From assembly GCA_964247055.1 (NCBI GenBank), contig OZ176052.1:372001-436000 (forward strand): 64,000 bases of DNA, written 5' to 3'. The notes under the pieces were generated by a model. It ran no database searches. It saw only the letters and a program-made list of their open reading frames with translations, and was not told the DNA's origin. A program made the position numbers and the translations under genes. How positions within the stretch are numbered: the stretch's first letter is position 1; the number at the start of each line of letters is the position of its first letter. The stretch comes from Paragordius varius. Lineage: Eukaryota > Animalia > Nematomorpha. This document shows, one piece after another, positions 12,256 to 25,192 of this stretch.

Positions 12256-14499
12256 CTGGGGACAATACCCGATGACTGGCTTTGTTCCAAAACAATTCTA
12301 ATACACAAAAGGGGTACCATTAATGATATAAAAAACTTTAGACCCATAACTATTTCTAACACACTCTATATAATTTTTTTAAATATGTCTAACCAAACCT
12401 TACTGAAAACCATAATAGATAAAACTTTAATTCACCCTAATTAAAAAGGATTTATGCCCTTTGATGGAATATTAGAGCACAACTATGTGATTGAACAAAA
12501 AATAAAGAGTGCGAAACAAGATAAACATAAACTACTAATAGCATTTCTTGATATTATCAAATCCTTTGATTCGATTCCGCACAATATACTTATCAATACA
12601 ATTAATCAACTTCTAATAAACACATTACTAAAAATATAATCATTCAAAATATAACTAATTCTAAAACCCAAATCTATACACAAGGCGGACTGACAGATCC
12701 TATTGCATTTCAAAAGGACATTAAACAGGGCTGCCTTGTCTCCGGAACCTTATTTAACCTGGCCATCAACCCACTCTTGGAATTGCTAAACATATCCACC
12801 ACATCCCTAGCGTATGCCGATGATTTGGTAATCATCGCACACCAAGTAGATGCTCTCCAGAAAACTATCCACACCGCAGAGCAATGGCTTCAATCCCATA
12901 ACATAACAATCAATGCGAACAAATCTGCTCTTCTATGTATTAACTCGTCAAATCCTAATATAACCATACATAATCAAATCCTCGAACAAATCCCAGAAGG
13001 AAAATCCATCTCTTACCTTGGCAAACCAATTTCACCTTTAGCACCCCCTAAAAATACCCATGAACTGAATAACCTGGTAGACAATATAACACAATCGAAT
13101 CTGACACCGTGGCAGAAATTAGACTTTTTTAAAACATTCATATTTCCCACTATTATCCACTCCCTCAGAATGGAAGCAATTAAAACCGAGCTAACCAAAT
13201 CAGATAAAATTCGTTTTCAGATAAAAAAAATAACAGCATTACCCCCCACAGCCATCACTAACTATTTCTATGCCCCCACTAAAGCAGGCGGACTTAATCT
13301 GCCACAGCTAGCAACTACATGACAACTTTATAATTGATTCAACTTACAAACTATTAACGTCTCATTATCAATATTTAGCAGCTTAAGCCATTAATGATTT
13401 AAAACATACCGTATCTAGACATACAAAGTCAACCACCATTAACGATATTTAATTAAACCAATACTTAAATAATGAAATACAAATCAAAACGACAGGATGC
13501 TCATCCATATATACAAAAGCGAGGCAAGCCTCTAAAAGACTTGACCTAGCATGGGAATTTCAAATTCCAATAACAGGGCACTCGGTAAACTTTGACCCGA
13601 ATGCCCGAAAATTTATTATACCATCCCTATCCAAAAGAAATGCTAAACACAGCTTACAATCCTTAACTGATTGCCCGAATAAAGGTAAAGTGATTGAGGC
13701 CATCAAACAACACCCAGCCTCTTCCCACTTTACCCTTTCGGGTACATATACATCCTTTAAATCCTGGCGGTTCATCCACAAGGCACGCCTTAATCTGTTG
13801 CCAGTGAATAGCCGTCCAGGGTCATTCAAAAATTTATTGTGCAGGAGATGTGGGAAGGCAAATGAAACTCTCTCCCATGTATTGAATCATTGCCTTCGAT
13901 ACTCTCCGCACTGGATTAGGCGACACAACGCTTGTTTGGACATTCTGAAAAATCATTTAACAAGCAACACCATAATACAACACGAAAACACTAACATAAT
14001 ATATTTACCATTGAAACTCGACCTCATATTAACTAAAAAAAATAATTGCTATATAATTGATGCCACCTGCCCTTTTGAAAACAAATTCCAATCATTGACC
14101 TATGCCTCCCTAAATATAATTGAGAAATACAATCAGTTGATACCATTAATGCAAACACAATACAAGAGTATAGAAATACTACCGCTGGTAGTCGGAGCTC
14201 TTGGTGCTTGTCATCCAAAAATGACTTAATCATTAATAACCTATGCCGAGCACAAGAACCATCCACGATCTGCGAGCAAATGGGTAAGCAGTACCATCTT
14301 TTATAGCTCTGAACTATGAAGCTCATTATCCAATGATTCTATTGGATCCAATCCCCTTCCATACATCAAAAAACATTAACATATGAATAATTTATTACTA
14401 GAGTATTGAACAAACACAGCATTTATATTCGTTCTTTTTTTATTATTTACTTTTCTTCTTTTCCTGACATTTTCTTTCATATATAATTTATATAATATA
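12256..14499 (+). mobile_element. Utopia-like RLE non-LTR retrotransposon, 5'-truncated, frameshifted
   Basis: FRPITISN, MPFDGILEHNY, YADDL, LTPWQKL, CRRCGKANETLSHVLNHC, RHN, IIDATCPFE. After a TIR insertion and ~40 bp more, a U2 3' half begins at 15486. Confidence 0.92.
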
Positions 14500-15447
14500 G
14501 GGTGGGGTGAGTAAAAAGTCGCACTTGACTTATAAGTCAAGCGTGGCAAGTTGTAAGTTTACTTAAATCAGCAAGTGTACACTTGAAAATTGGTGATAAA
14601 AAAACACTTAGGTTAAGTCTTTTGCTTATGAATGTAACATTTTGCCATCCAATTCGAATTTTACACCATTGCCAAAAGTTATGAAATAAGGCACAAAAAG
14701 ATTAACAATTTATACAATATGCATTTATCGACGTTTTTCAAACTCACTATGATATCTTATTTAATATTATAGAACTCTAATATTGAGCCTGGTTATTTTT
14801 AGATTGATGAAACATTCGCCCTTAAAACATTTCCATTTCTTTATCACACTACTCATTTTGTTTGGAGTCCATTTGTAAATATAATGGGAAGATATTTATA
14901 CGATATAATATATTATTTTAATTGAATCAACATTACATTCAAATAAATTTTTGATGATACATTAGTTAATAGTGAAGTAACCTTAGCTTTTAATAAACGA
15001 AGAGAAATTTTACTAGATTAATATTTACGAGATTCCAATTTTTTTGCGGTCACGGAATTTATATATTTAGCATATTTTTTTACATGTTCTTAAATATTAG
15101 CAAAGTTTTCCTATAAATTTATCCCCTTTTTAGTATCTACCCAATGAATATAAAAATTAGCCAAAATTTATCAAATTAACAATTTATAACATTAAAAAAG
15201 GTTTCAATTACATATAAAATCTAAATTTTATGTACAAATCTTCCAAAATAATTTTCCATATTTTTAAATCTAAGTGTGCCCTACACCACACTTGCAAAAT
15301 CTTTAAGTTTTACTTGATCATATAATTTTCAGTTCAATTCTTGCTTGACTTACATGTAATGTTAAATTATATTTTGTCACATGTAATCAAGCCCTGACTT
15401 GAAAAACTTGCAAGTCAAGTCAAAAAAAATTTTTTATCACTCGACAC
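14500..15447. mobile_element. Unclassified TIR-type repeat (GGGTGGGGTGA end family) in the retroelement 3' UTR
   Basis: Starts GGGTGGGGTGAGTAAAAAGTCGCACTTGACTT, ends AAGTCAAGTC..TTTTATCACTCGACAC (imperfect inverted ends). Confidence 0.7.
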
Positions 15448-15485
15448 ATAATTTGATTACACCCAAACATATTTAATTAAATTCA

Positions 15486-15616
15486 ATCTGTTCTTATCTG
15501 CTTAATATCTAATACGACCTCTAAATTAAGTTTTTTTGGAGATTTTGGGGAGGCGCTCCTGGCTTGCCTATTCCATCGGGTCAACCTGGTGTTGCAGTAT
15601 CTCCAGGAGTGGCCCA
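15486..15616 (+). pseudogene. U2: U2 snRNA 3' portion (downstream half of a split U2 gene)
   Basis: ATCTGTTCTTATCTGCTTAATATCTAATACG, Sm-like TTTTTTTGGAG, CCTGGTGTTGCAGTATCTCCAGG; small deletions relative to 36438-36589. Confidence 0.9.
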
Positions 15617-16173
15617 AATACAATCATTAAACTAATTTAGAAACTCTTTAATAAATAATTATAATTTTAACAAGTTTAAAAAAATTATGATAGAAAAATT
15701 TCAGCTCATTTTCATTCTCACCACTGTGATCAAGATCATGCTAACATGATCGAAATATAAGTTTTATTAATAAATTTTTTATTTGTTAATAATATATTCA
15801 TACGTTTGCCAAATTAATTCTTGTATTGTCATTCACGTATGGAATCTTTAAATTTTAAAAATTTTTTAAGTTTGAAAAGGTGGTAAATTTGATATTATAG
15901 AGAGTTTTGAAAAAGTTGTTTATGTTAAAAACGGTTTGAACGAATCCAGTAATGTGTACAGCCCACTTCTGTGTCCAGAAACAAAATCTCCAAAAATAAA
16001 ATAACATTATGGGCCGATTACTAAATTTTAATGTTTTATGGCGTCTAAAAATCAATAGATAGAAATAATACAATGAAGGCCCTCATGAACCTATTTAACC
16101 ATTAAAAGTTTAAAATAAATCTAGTGAACATAAAACATTTATTAAAAAAATAGGGATGTAATGATTGATTTAA

Positions 16174-16680
16174 CACTTCGATTCAAATTGATCTAAATAC
16201 CCCAGACTAATTTTAAAAAACTACTGTACGAAACGGCCCCAATTTAAATTTATGCTCCTATCCTAATAAAAAATATATTAATACAAAATATCCAATTAAA
16301 ATATTGTTTTGGAAAAAAAGTTCCATGTCAAACTACTTTGACGCCATTTTTAATTTTAAGGGTAAATTAAAGCTAATTTTTTATTTAAATTACATCTAAC
16401 ATTGATAGAATTTAAAAAAGCGGTTAATTTTGTATTATTTTGCAATTTTACCATTGCAGACATGTCACAGTTGACTATTTTATATTTCAGTTTTACCTAA
16501 AATATGTAATATCAAGTATTTTTGTATAATTTTTTTTATATATTTCGGTTTATTATAAGTGCAAAACGCCGTGGTTTCGATTCCTTCCATAATTTTTAAA
16601 GATAATTTTAAACAGTCCTGGGGTATTTTATTACCACGATTTGAATCGAAGGACTAAAATGAATGTGTTGTATCCAAGTG
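16174..16680 (+). mobile_element. piggyBac-like MITE
   Basis: TTAA|CACTTCGATTCAAATTG...GTATCCAAGTG|TTAA. Confidence 0.8.
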
Positions 16681-17242
16681 TTAAACACTAGAAGAAATGC
16701 GCGATAATAAAAAAATGGTGGAAGCATGTCGAAAATATGTAGTATTTAAAAAATGTATTTGTAAAATAAATTAAAATAAAACCATGATGATTACGAACAG
16801 CATTTAAAGTATAACATAATATTTTATTTTGAAAATTTAGATTTATATTTTTGTCTAATTTTGCCAGTGCATTCAAGCCTTATGAATTTTTGCTTGAATT
16901 AGCACTTCATGACCTGTTTGACTTTTTTGTCCGCGATGACATATTGGGGAAGTTACATATCTCAGAGCTCAATCTTTTAACTATAATACTGGTTTTAAAC
17001 CTATTTTATCATAATTATCAAACATTGTCTAGTATTATAAGGATAAAATGATGAAATATTTATATTACGATAGTAAAATGCAGGAATGATGCTTTTGGTT
17101 TAAGGCTTACACGTGAAGTTACACTTTTGTGGCAAGAGTTCTATATCAGAAAATAGAAAAATTTGCGAATATATTAAATTTTTTTTGGTTAAAGCTAAAT
17201 CTTCATTCATAAAATATAGCTAAATTTTTCATAAAATATTAT

Positions 17243-18180
17243 GGGTGGGGTGATAAAATAGTCGCACTTGACTTGTAAGTCAAGTGTGCCAAGTTGAGCA
17301 TGTTTATTTAAGCCAGCAAGTGTATACTTGAAGATCAGTGAAAAAAAAATACACTTAAGTCAAGTCTTTTGCTTATGAATGTAACATTTTTTTGCCACCC
17401 GTTCGAATTTTGCCGAAATTATTTTGATGATTTTCAGCCAAACAATATAAAATAAGGCACCAAAAGATAAACAATTAATACAATATGCATTTATTGAAGT
17501 TTCTCAAACTCTTTAATACGTATCTTATTTAATATCATAGATTTTTCTACATATTAAGCCCGTTAATAATTATTAAGTTGATGATACCATTCGCTCTTAA
17601 AATACTCTCTATTATTTTACCACACTACTCATTTGTTAGGAGTCCATTTGCAAATATAATGGGAAGATGTTTATACAATATAACATATTATTATTATTGA
17701 TTATCAACATTACATTCGAAATAAATTTATAATATAAATACTTTAACTTAGTTAATGAATAGTGAAGTAACCTTTAGCGTTTATTTAACGCAGATTCGAA
17801 ATTATACAAGATTAATTTTTAATATTATTTTTAGGATATTTTCGAGAATTTTTTTGCGGGTTCACGGAATCGATATATTTAGCACATTTTTATATGCATT
17901 TTATTAAATATTAGTAGAGTTATTATAAAAATTTATCCCCTTTTTCACCCCATTTGAATAAGTCCATTAGCCAAAATTTATTAGATTAAAAATTTATATT
18001 ATTAACAAAGGTTTTAATAACATATAAAACCTACATTTTATACATAAATAGTTTCCAAAATAATTTTATCCATATTTCTAAATCTGTCTAGTGTGCCCTA
18101 CACCACACTTGCAAAATCTTTAAGTTTTATTTGATCATATGATTTTTTATCACCTCCAAATCAAGTTTAAGTCGTGTAAT
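17243..18180. mobile_element. Unclassified TIR-type repeat, mirror of 2410-3342
   Basis: Starts GGGTGGGGTGATAAAATAGTCGCACTTGACTTG; reverse complement of 2410-3342. Confidence 0.65.
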
Positions 18181-18257
18181 GTTTAATTTTTTTATAATTT
18201 ATTACATATGTTGTTTTTGTGGCTAATTAATTTAATTAAGTTTAAAAATAAATAAAC

Positions 18258-18443
18258 CTGAATTTTAGCTTGGTTTAAGTGTATAAGCTTGGCCAAGTCC
18301 TCCCTAGCATAAACATCTGGATAATGGGATTCTGAGAATGCATTTTTCAATATTTTCAATTGTGGAGTGAAGGATGTTCTTTGTCTCCGATTTGGACAAC
18401 TGTTTCTCTACAATGTTGCATGATTCGTTCAGAAAGAGCCGTC
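18258..18443 (-). pseudogene. PRD-class homeobox exon copy, disrupted
   Basis: Minus strand reads [45 protein letters not shown]|gt; 7 nt shorter than the intact exon (2+2+3 nt deletions). Confidence 0.87.
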
Positions 18444-19134
18444 CTTTTTAAAATTAAACAAAATATATATATATATATTGGGTGCAATCAATCATCAATA
18501 AATTTGTGTATTATCTGATTTTTTTACGAGTTTACAGACCAGTGCTTTAAGTAGACAAAATATTGTTTCTGAAAGTTTTCTGGTTAAAATTTATTATCAA
18601 AGCCTCATTTCCTGAAAATATAAAAACTTATCATTTGGACATTTTTTAACTTTATCCAAAATTCGCGCTATGAAATTAGATAATAACAAATACCTCGTAT
18701 AAAACTAAAAAAATATCAAATAAATTGTAAGTTAAAATTTTCCAAAGTTAATCTATGTATTAATAAAAATAAGAGGTGTGAGCTTAAAGCTTGGGGAAAA
18801 TGTATGCCCATTCCAATTGCAAAAGTAAAAATTATTCATTTATCAATACGCCGACTTTATATTAGGCCCTCAGTTTTGTTCCACCTCGTGTAAAAATCGG
18901 GTTTTTCCAAAAAATAGAAGTTCAATTTTAAGTTTGAACGACGTTTCCGAAAAACGTGTCGGCCAGGTTTAATAAAGTAATTTTTGTATTTACTAATCCC
19001 TTTTTGATAATTATCCCCTCACGTTTAGCCATACACTTATAAAAATAGGGTTTATTAAATAAGTGAATTTTGAGACAGATAATACACAAATATGCATCCG
19101 TTCAATAAAGTCCAAATTTGTAATCAATATTTAA

Positions 19135-19659
19135 CACTTGGATACAAGACATTCATTTCAATCCTTTGATTTAAATTGGGGTAGTTGGATACCCCAGGCC
19201 TGTTTAAAATTAAATAATTTAAATTATACAGAAGGAATCGAAACTGGCAAAATTTTGCACCTATATAACATTGATAAAGCTAAATACTTAATATTTCTTT
19301 CTTAATGTAAAACTCAAAGGTAAAAATATAATCAATGTAACATATGTGCATTGACTAAATTGAATAATAATATATAATAAACCATTCTTGCTATTTTTAT
19401 CAATAAAAATTAGCTTTAATTTCACGTTATCAACGAAAAACTTTGCAAATTTTTTGTAAAATAAAAATGGCTTTTAACTAGTTTGAAAATAAACTTTTTT
19501 TTCAATGAAATTTTATTTAGATAATTTGGCTCTTTTATAAAATTTTTATTAGGTAGGAGCATAAATTTAAATTGGGACTGTTTACTTCAATAGTTTTTTT
19601 AGAAATATTATATTTAATTTAGTATGGGGTATTTAAATACCCCAATTTGAATCTAAGTG
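19135..19659 (-). mobile_element. piggyBac-like MITE
   Basis: TTAA|CACTTGGATAC...CCCCAATTTGAATCTAAGTG|TTAA. Confidence 0.8.
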
Positions 19660-19921
19660 TTAAGTACGTTAAATGTGCATTATGCATTTTATGGTTGCTT
19701 ATTTTACATTGGGCGATTCACAACACAGTAGTGTATGGAAAAAAGAAATGGTTTATTAAATTTATTGTTTTTCCATACACTACTGCGCAAATTTCCACTT
19801 GTGGATTAAGCAACCATTAAAATGCCGACTGTAAAATGTTTTCTATGCTAAACCATTAATATACCTTAATTTTATAGCTAAAAAATATTTTTTACATTTT
19901 AGTGGCCTTTGTAATTTTTAT

Positions 19922-19924
<3 letters not shown>

Positions 19925-19963
<39 letters not shown>
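19925..19963. repeat. (AT)n microsatellite
   Basis: Perfect AT run; similar runs at ~25155-25189 and 49401-49432. Confidence 0.95.
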
Positions 19964-19969
<6 letters not shown>

Positions 19970-20769
19970 CTTATTCGGGATTTTACAATAAAAAAATAAT
20001 GCGGATAAAAGGTCGAAGAATGTAAATATCCTAAAATAATTTCTCGCTAATTGCCACACAAACTTTAAAAGTGATATGGACCTTTTATAAATATAATATG
20101 GCTTTGGTTATATATATAAAAACCGGTCCCAAAAATCTTATAAGAATTTGCAAACCCTTTCAGAATTTAAACTGCAACCAATTATATACATCATGTTCTA
20201 TAAATACTATTTTTTTAATGTTAAAGGAGTTAACCAAAAAGCAAAAAAGGTTTTAATAAAGATAGTTGGTATTAATTTGTGTTAAGCTTCAGTTTAACAC
20301 ATTTTTTTAAAAAATCATGATAGCTTGGCACACCGTTAATATCCTATTTAGCCGTTTTAAATTCGTTTTTTACTTTTAGGAGGGTTTGCACAAAATTTTA
20401 AACGAAGTTTTAATATATCACAATCAGGTTTTTCTTAGAATTCTTACTTTTTATTTATTATTTAATAGAATAATCCAGAATGTTGATTATATAAAATTAC
20501 CATTTACAACATGATGCAAATCCTTTAGCAAAATAAAAATTTTCGATATGCTCTTCATAAAAATGATTAATAAATAATTTAATCGTGATTTTCGTTAAAG
20601 TGCATAGATCGATTTGTATAGACAACAAAATATAAAATTGTATTGCGAATTCGATTCAAATTAAGAATGAATTAAAGTTTGGTTTTCGGATTGGATTCCG
20701 ATGCAATCGGGTTGAAGGGGGCGCATTTCCTGCAACACTTGAAATGGCACGCTAAAATATTTATGCAAT

Positions 20770-21450
20770 ATTTTAGTTTTGTTATGATTTAATGTAAGAT
20801 TATATTTTTTGCACACATTTATAAAAGTTCGGAGACTGTTTTCGAGGTTCGTTTGTGAATTTGCCAAGATTAACGTGTCGTCTGCGTAGTGGAGAGTCGT
20901 CAGAGTGTGACCCCCTACTTTTATTCCTGGCAGATTCATATCCCTCATAATACATTCCAAATATATGTTGAACAACATGGGGGATAAAATGCAGCCTTGA
21001 CGCAGACCTATGTTCATTGGGGTCCAAGAGGTCGGGCCATGCGGGGTGTTAAGTGATAGGTAGGAGTTGGACTATATGAATTTAATTAATATGATTAAGT
21101 GATCGGAAACTCCTATTTGTTTAAGGGCCTTCCAGAGAATGTCATGTTGAACGGTATAGAAGGCTTTAGAGATATCCACAAAGCATAGGTGTAGCTCATT
21201 TTTGAATTTACAGTTTTTTTCTATTATCCATCTACGGCATCCTGTTTTTCTCTAAAGCCTGCCTGCGTCATTGAGATTTCCGGGTTGACAGGCGGTTTTG
21301 TATTATTTTTAGGAACACTTTTGAGGTTTGATTGATTAATGCTATTGTGCGGTAGTTTTCACATAATTTAGGATCGCCCTTTTCAAATATAGGGACCGCT
21401 AGTAATTTGTTCCAGTCCTCCGGAACGTTGCCTCACTGAAAATTTGGAAT
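20770..21450 (-). mobile_element. RTE-clade LINE reverse-transcriptase fragment
   Basis: GLRQGCILSPMLFNIY, LHYADDTLIL, LNHNKTK; upstream degenerate QAGFR and CFVDISKAF; 3'-truncated at ~20770. Confidence 0.85.
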
Positions 21451-21912
21451 AATTAGAGTATTTTCAATGAAACATGAATGGTTGGTGTAACACCAAACAA
21501 AGACGGTTTGCAAACTAAAATGCTGATAAAAAATTAAAATTATTGACATGCAATTAAAACTCAATTATTAAAAACTTTTCGTTAATTTACATAGCTTTTC
21601 AAGAAACGTTACTAATTCTTAATACATGTACGTTTTTATTTTCAATTGTTTTCTATTTTATTCGAATTAAAAAGTATATTTTTTAGACAAGTTAAATGGC
21701 ATGTAATTTTTGATTAATTTGTTTGCATTTTATGTTTAATTTTCAATAGGAAAGGCATCTATTTTAAGAAATAACCATAAATAAATCATTAAACTTAAAA
21801 AAAATTCAACCGACTTCATATTTGGACAATATTTTATCGGCCATTATACCGGAGTAACTCTAATATTTGAAAAATGGTTTTTTACAATATTTTGAAAACT
21901 GTTTTAACCAAC

Positions 21913-23785
21913 CTGTACATTGTAATCCCTGTCTTCTGAGACCTAAAAGTAATTTTTTGCAGGAAAGGCAAATGGTCGGAACTTAATATGTATGAGCTTC
22001 TAGATTGTGGCTTATTCCACGGGTTCGTTTTTCAGAATCTTGAAAGATATTTTAAAAAATTATCAAAAAAGCGTTTTGTAAAAAACAATGTCTAAATTAA
22101 TTTACCAATTATTTCTTCTGGGGCAGTTGTTGATTTTATTCCAAAATCACTCTATAATAATATAACAAATTGCGTTGTTTTATTGATAGTGTGTGTTTAA
22201 AACAGCAATGGTTAATTAGAATAAAAATGGAAATTATACAGATAAAATGTTTAAACAATTTGAAGGTCATAATTTTAAACCTAAGGGGAAATTAGTTACA
22301 CCAAACCCTAAATTACAAAAATTTAATTAAATTGATCTGTAAAATTTTAAATTTTATTGTTAAAAATATTATAAAATTCACTAAAAAATTATTTTTATTG
22401 TCACCAAGTTATACACCATACGTTACTGTAATCAAACGTACTATAATGCTATTTTGTCCAAGATAATAAGCGTTTATTTAAGCTATGTGACATAACAGGA
22501 TCTATAGTCGTACTTTTAACAATATACATTTATAGTACAATTAAAAATCTAAAAACCATAAAATAACATATAAGCGGTCAAATCGATTGAAAATTTTAAG
22601 CAACGAAACCTTGCCAAGAGGATTCGATATAATTCGACCAAGTGTTGTGTCTCCCACATTATTTGAATCATCCTGGTTATTTTTCGAATATTGATTCCTT
22701 TGCTTAAACAATTGGCTTTGGGAACAATCGTTTGGGATTTTTGTGGCGCACCTTTTATGGAACGGCCTTCCACATCCACTGCACTTTAGTGCTTGCAGAA
22801 TAAGACCAAAAATCATGGAACCGCAAAAATCACAAAAAGCTGGACTTGTAAAACAATGCGCATGCAATGAATGTGGGCAAGAATTATAATTTGGTTGCAT
22901 TTTTATCACGATTTTTGCAACAAAGAATAAGAACAATGTATGTGTACAACAATGTTGTCAAATTTGGAAACGAAAAAAATGAGAAAAAAAACGAGAGAAA
23001 AAATTTTAGTAAAAGTTTTTTTAGCTGATATAGTACGCAAGACAGTAAATATTGTTTTGCCTTTTTTATAATTATATAGTAATTATATTTTAAACAATTA
23101 TTGTGACAAAATGAATGGCTTAAAAATACCTTGAAAATGACGCATCTTTGCGACCATATTTATAATTATTGCTTTAAAAGAAACAATATATAAATTTTTT
23201 CGTTGCTTATTAAAGATAAAAGCAATAATATAAATAAAGTTGACAATAAATTAAAATGGGAAAACAATTTATTTCTTTCAATAGAGGCACATAAGATAGC
23301 TAATATTCACCATTCGAATTCTTTCACAGATTTTTCGTAACAAAAACTGTTGCCAGTGGAAATCTAAAAGAGCTTAAAAACTTAATCACTAACTTGATTC
23401 AAATTGTAATCTCGCTTCATATCAATGAGATGCAAATTAGCAGCATTCTCATTAGTATTAGCCGTACTTTCTTGAGAATTATTCGGAGTTCCCTTTTCCA
23501 ACATTTTAAACAAATAATCGTTTTCATGGATTGAAATACTTCTGAGATGACATAGGAAATCAATGTATTCATGAACTAATTTACATGTACTTCCCTATAT
23601 AATTATTTTTTAGGAGAAAAAACCATAGTAGCCCGTGATTGTCCATTTATTACCAGATTGGGGACTTGACTTGCGGTTGAAATGGTTTGACTAATCAAAT
23701 TGCGGTGACGATTCTTTTGAAGTTAACAGTAAAAAGTAAATAAAAACCTTTCAAGTTCTGTATGCTTATCTTTATACGTGGTCAT
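21913..23785 (-). pseudogene. PRKD: Protein kinase D-like gene, N-terminal part (C1a and start of C1b), apparently disrupted
   Basis: C1a [50 protein letters not shown] (exon ends 22610); phase-compatible GT-AG exons 22151-22106 and 22038-21913 give HNLEAHTY*VPTICLSCKKLLLGLRRQGLQCT with TAA at 21985-21983. Upstream exons 23785-~23390 are tentative; no kinase domain in window. Confidence 0.75.
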
Positions 23786-24283
23786 TTAATCTTTTTCTAA
23801 CGTTTTAAAATATTATAGATATCAAACATAAAAATTTAAAACCCTAATTAATAGACCTGTCAAATTGTTTTTAAAAAGTTCATAAAGTTCATTTGAATAT
23901 TGAATAAATAACGTTCCTTATTAATGGAAGTTGTTAATTAAAAATGACAGTTTGAAAAGGCAAAAGGGGTAATTTTACCACTTGTTATATATGTAGATAG
24001 AAAATAAGTTACGTAATAATTTGAGTGACATATGAACTTTTGAAAAGTGAGATTTTTATATTTTTAGCATTTATGAAAAAAAACAGTAGCGTATAGTTAA
24101 AAACAGCCAATGGTTGAAATTAACATTTTGATTTCCATATTTTAACATTGATTTTGTTTATTTAGGTTGCACAGACTTTATTTTTTACCTAAATTACTGT
24201 ATCTTACACGTAAATTAAGTACACAAATTTATTAATGATTGATTGCACCCAATACATATATATATGTATATATATTTTGTTTA

Positions 24284-25073
24284 ATGTTAAAAAGGGCCGC
24301 TCTTTTTGATAAAGAATCGTGCAACATTGTAGAGAAACATAGTTGCCCAAATCGGAGACAAAGGACATCTTTCACTCCACATCAATTGAAAATATTGGAA
24401 AATGCATTCTCCGAATCCCATTATCCAGATGTTTATGCTCGTGAGGACTTAGCCAAGCTTATTCACTTAAACGAAGCCAAAATTCAGGTTTATTTATTTA
24501 TAAACTTAACTAAATTAATTATACCACAAAAATATTATAATGTAATAGAATTTAACAAAGAATATTTTATAACAATATTAATTAATTAGTGAATTCTATT
24601 TATTTTTTATAATTAAATTAACATATCTTTATATGATTTGACATTTAGATTAAATCAATAAATTATATAATTTATTAAATAAATCATAATGATATATATT
24701 TTAGATATGGTTTCAAAACCGGAGAGCAAAATATCGCAAAAACGATCACAATTTGCTCGCCATAAAATCTTGCAGGCAAAAGTACTCAAATAATACATTT
24801 TCAAAATCTCAAAAATTATCTTTAACTGGAAAGGTATTAGAACCAACAACAAATGCAAATACTACTTCCATAAAAAATCCCAAATTAATATGGAATCAAA
24901 ATCCAAATGTTTCAAATACACCATTTTGTCAGGGTTATCAATTGACAAGCCCAAATTATAATATCGAATACGACTCGCCAACATTTCATCAAGACTTTTA
25001 TGATTTAAATCAAAGAACTCTATTACCACAATCTGAAATTTACGATTTTCATAAAACATATATGCAAATTTGA
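24284..25073 (+). CDS. Q50 paired-like (PRD-class) homeobox gene; exons ~24284/24295-24487 and 24705-25073
   Basis: Spliced homeodomain [45 protein letters not shown]|[12 protein letters not shown]; phase-0 GT-AG intron 24488-24704 at the typical PRD position between residues 46 and 47; open to TGA 25071-25073. True 5' end uncertain. Confidence 0.92.
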
Positions 25074-25152
25074 ATAAAAACATTGTATAATATACATTAA
25101 ATTTATTTAGGAAATAAATTTTTTACGAAAATCATGCCGGTTATACTCGATT

Positions 25153-25190
<38 letters not shown>

Positions 25191-25192
<2 letters not shown>

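Larger units (their letters stand above)
466..20765. repeat. Giant diverged inverted repeat; arms ~466-12035 and ~12256-20765
   Basis: Colinear reverse-complement blocks: 466-1100 vs 20105-20765; 1105-4221 vs 16370-19480; 9451-9850 vs 16020-16370; 9930-12035 vs 12256-14480. Mirror ORFs 3522-3722(-) and 16851-17051(+). Confidence 0.93.

Noticed and set aside
9500-16400. Palindrome as a fold-back read artefact or L1-style twin priming
   Set aside because: Arms are diverged with arm-specific insertions, and flanking non-element DNA is duplicated; twin priming inverts but does not duplicate.
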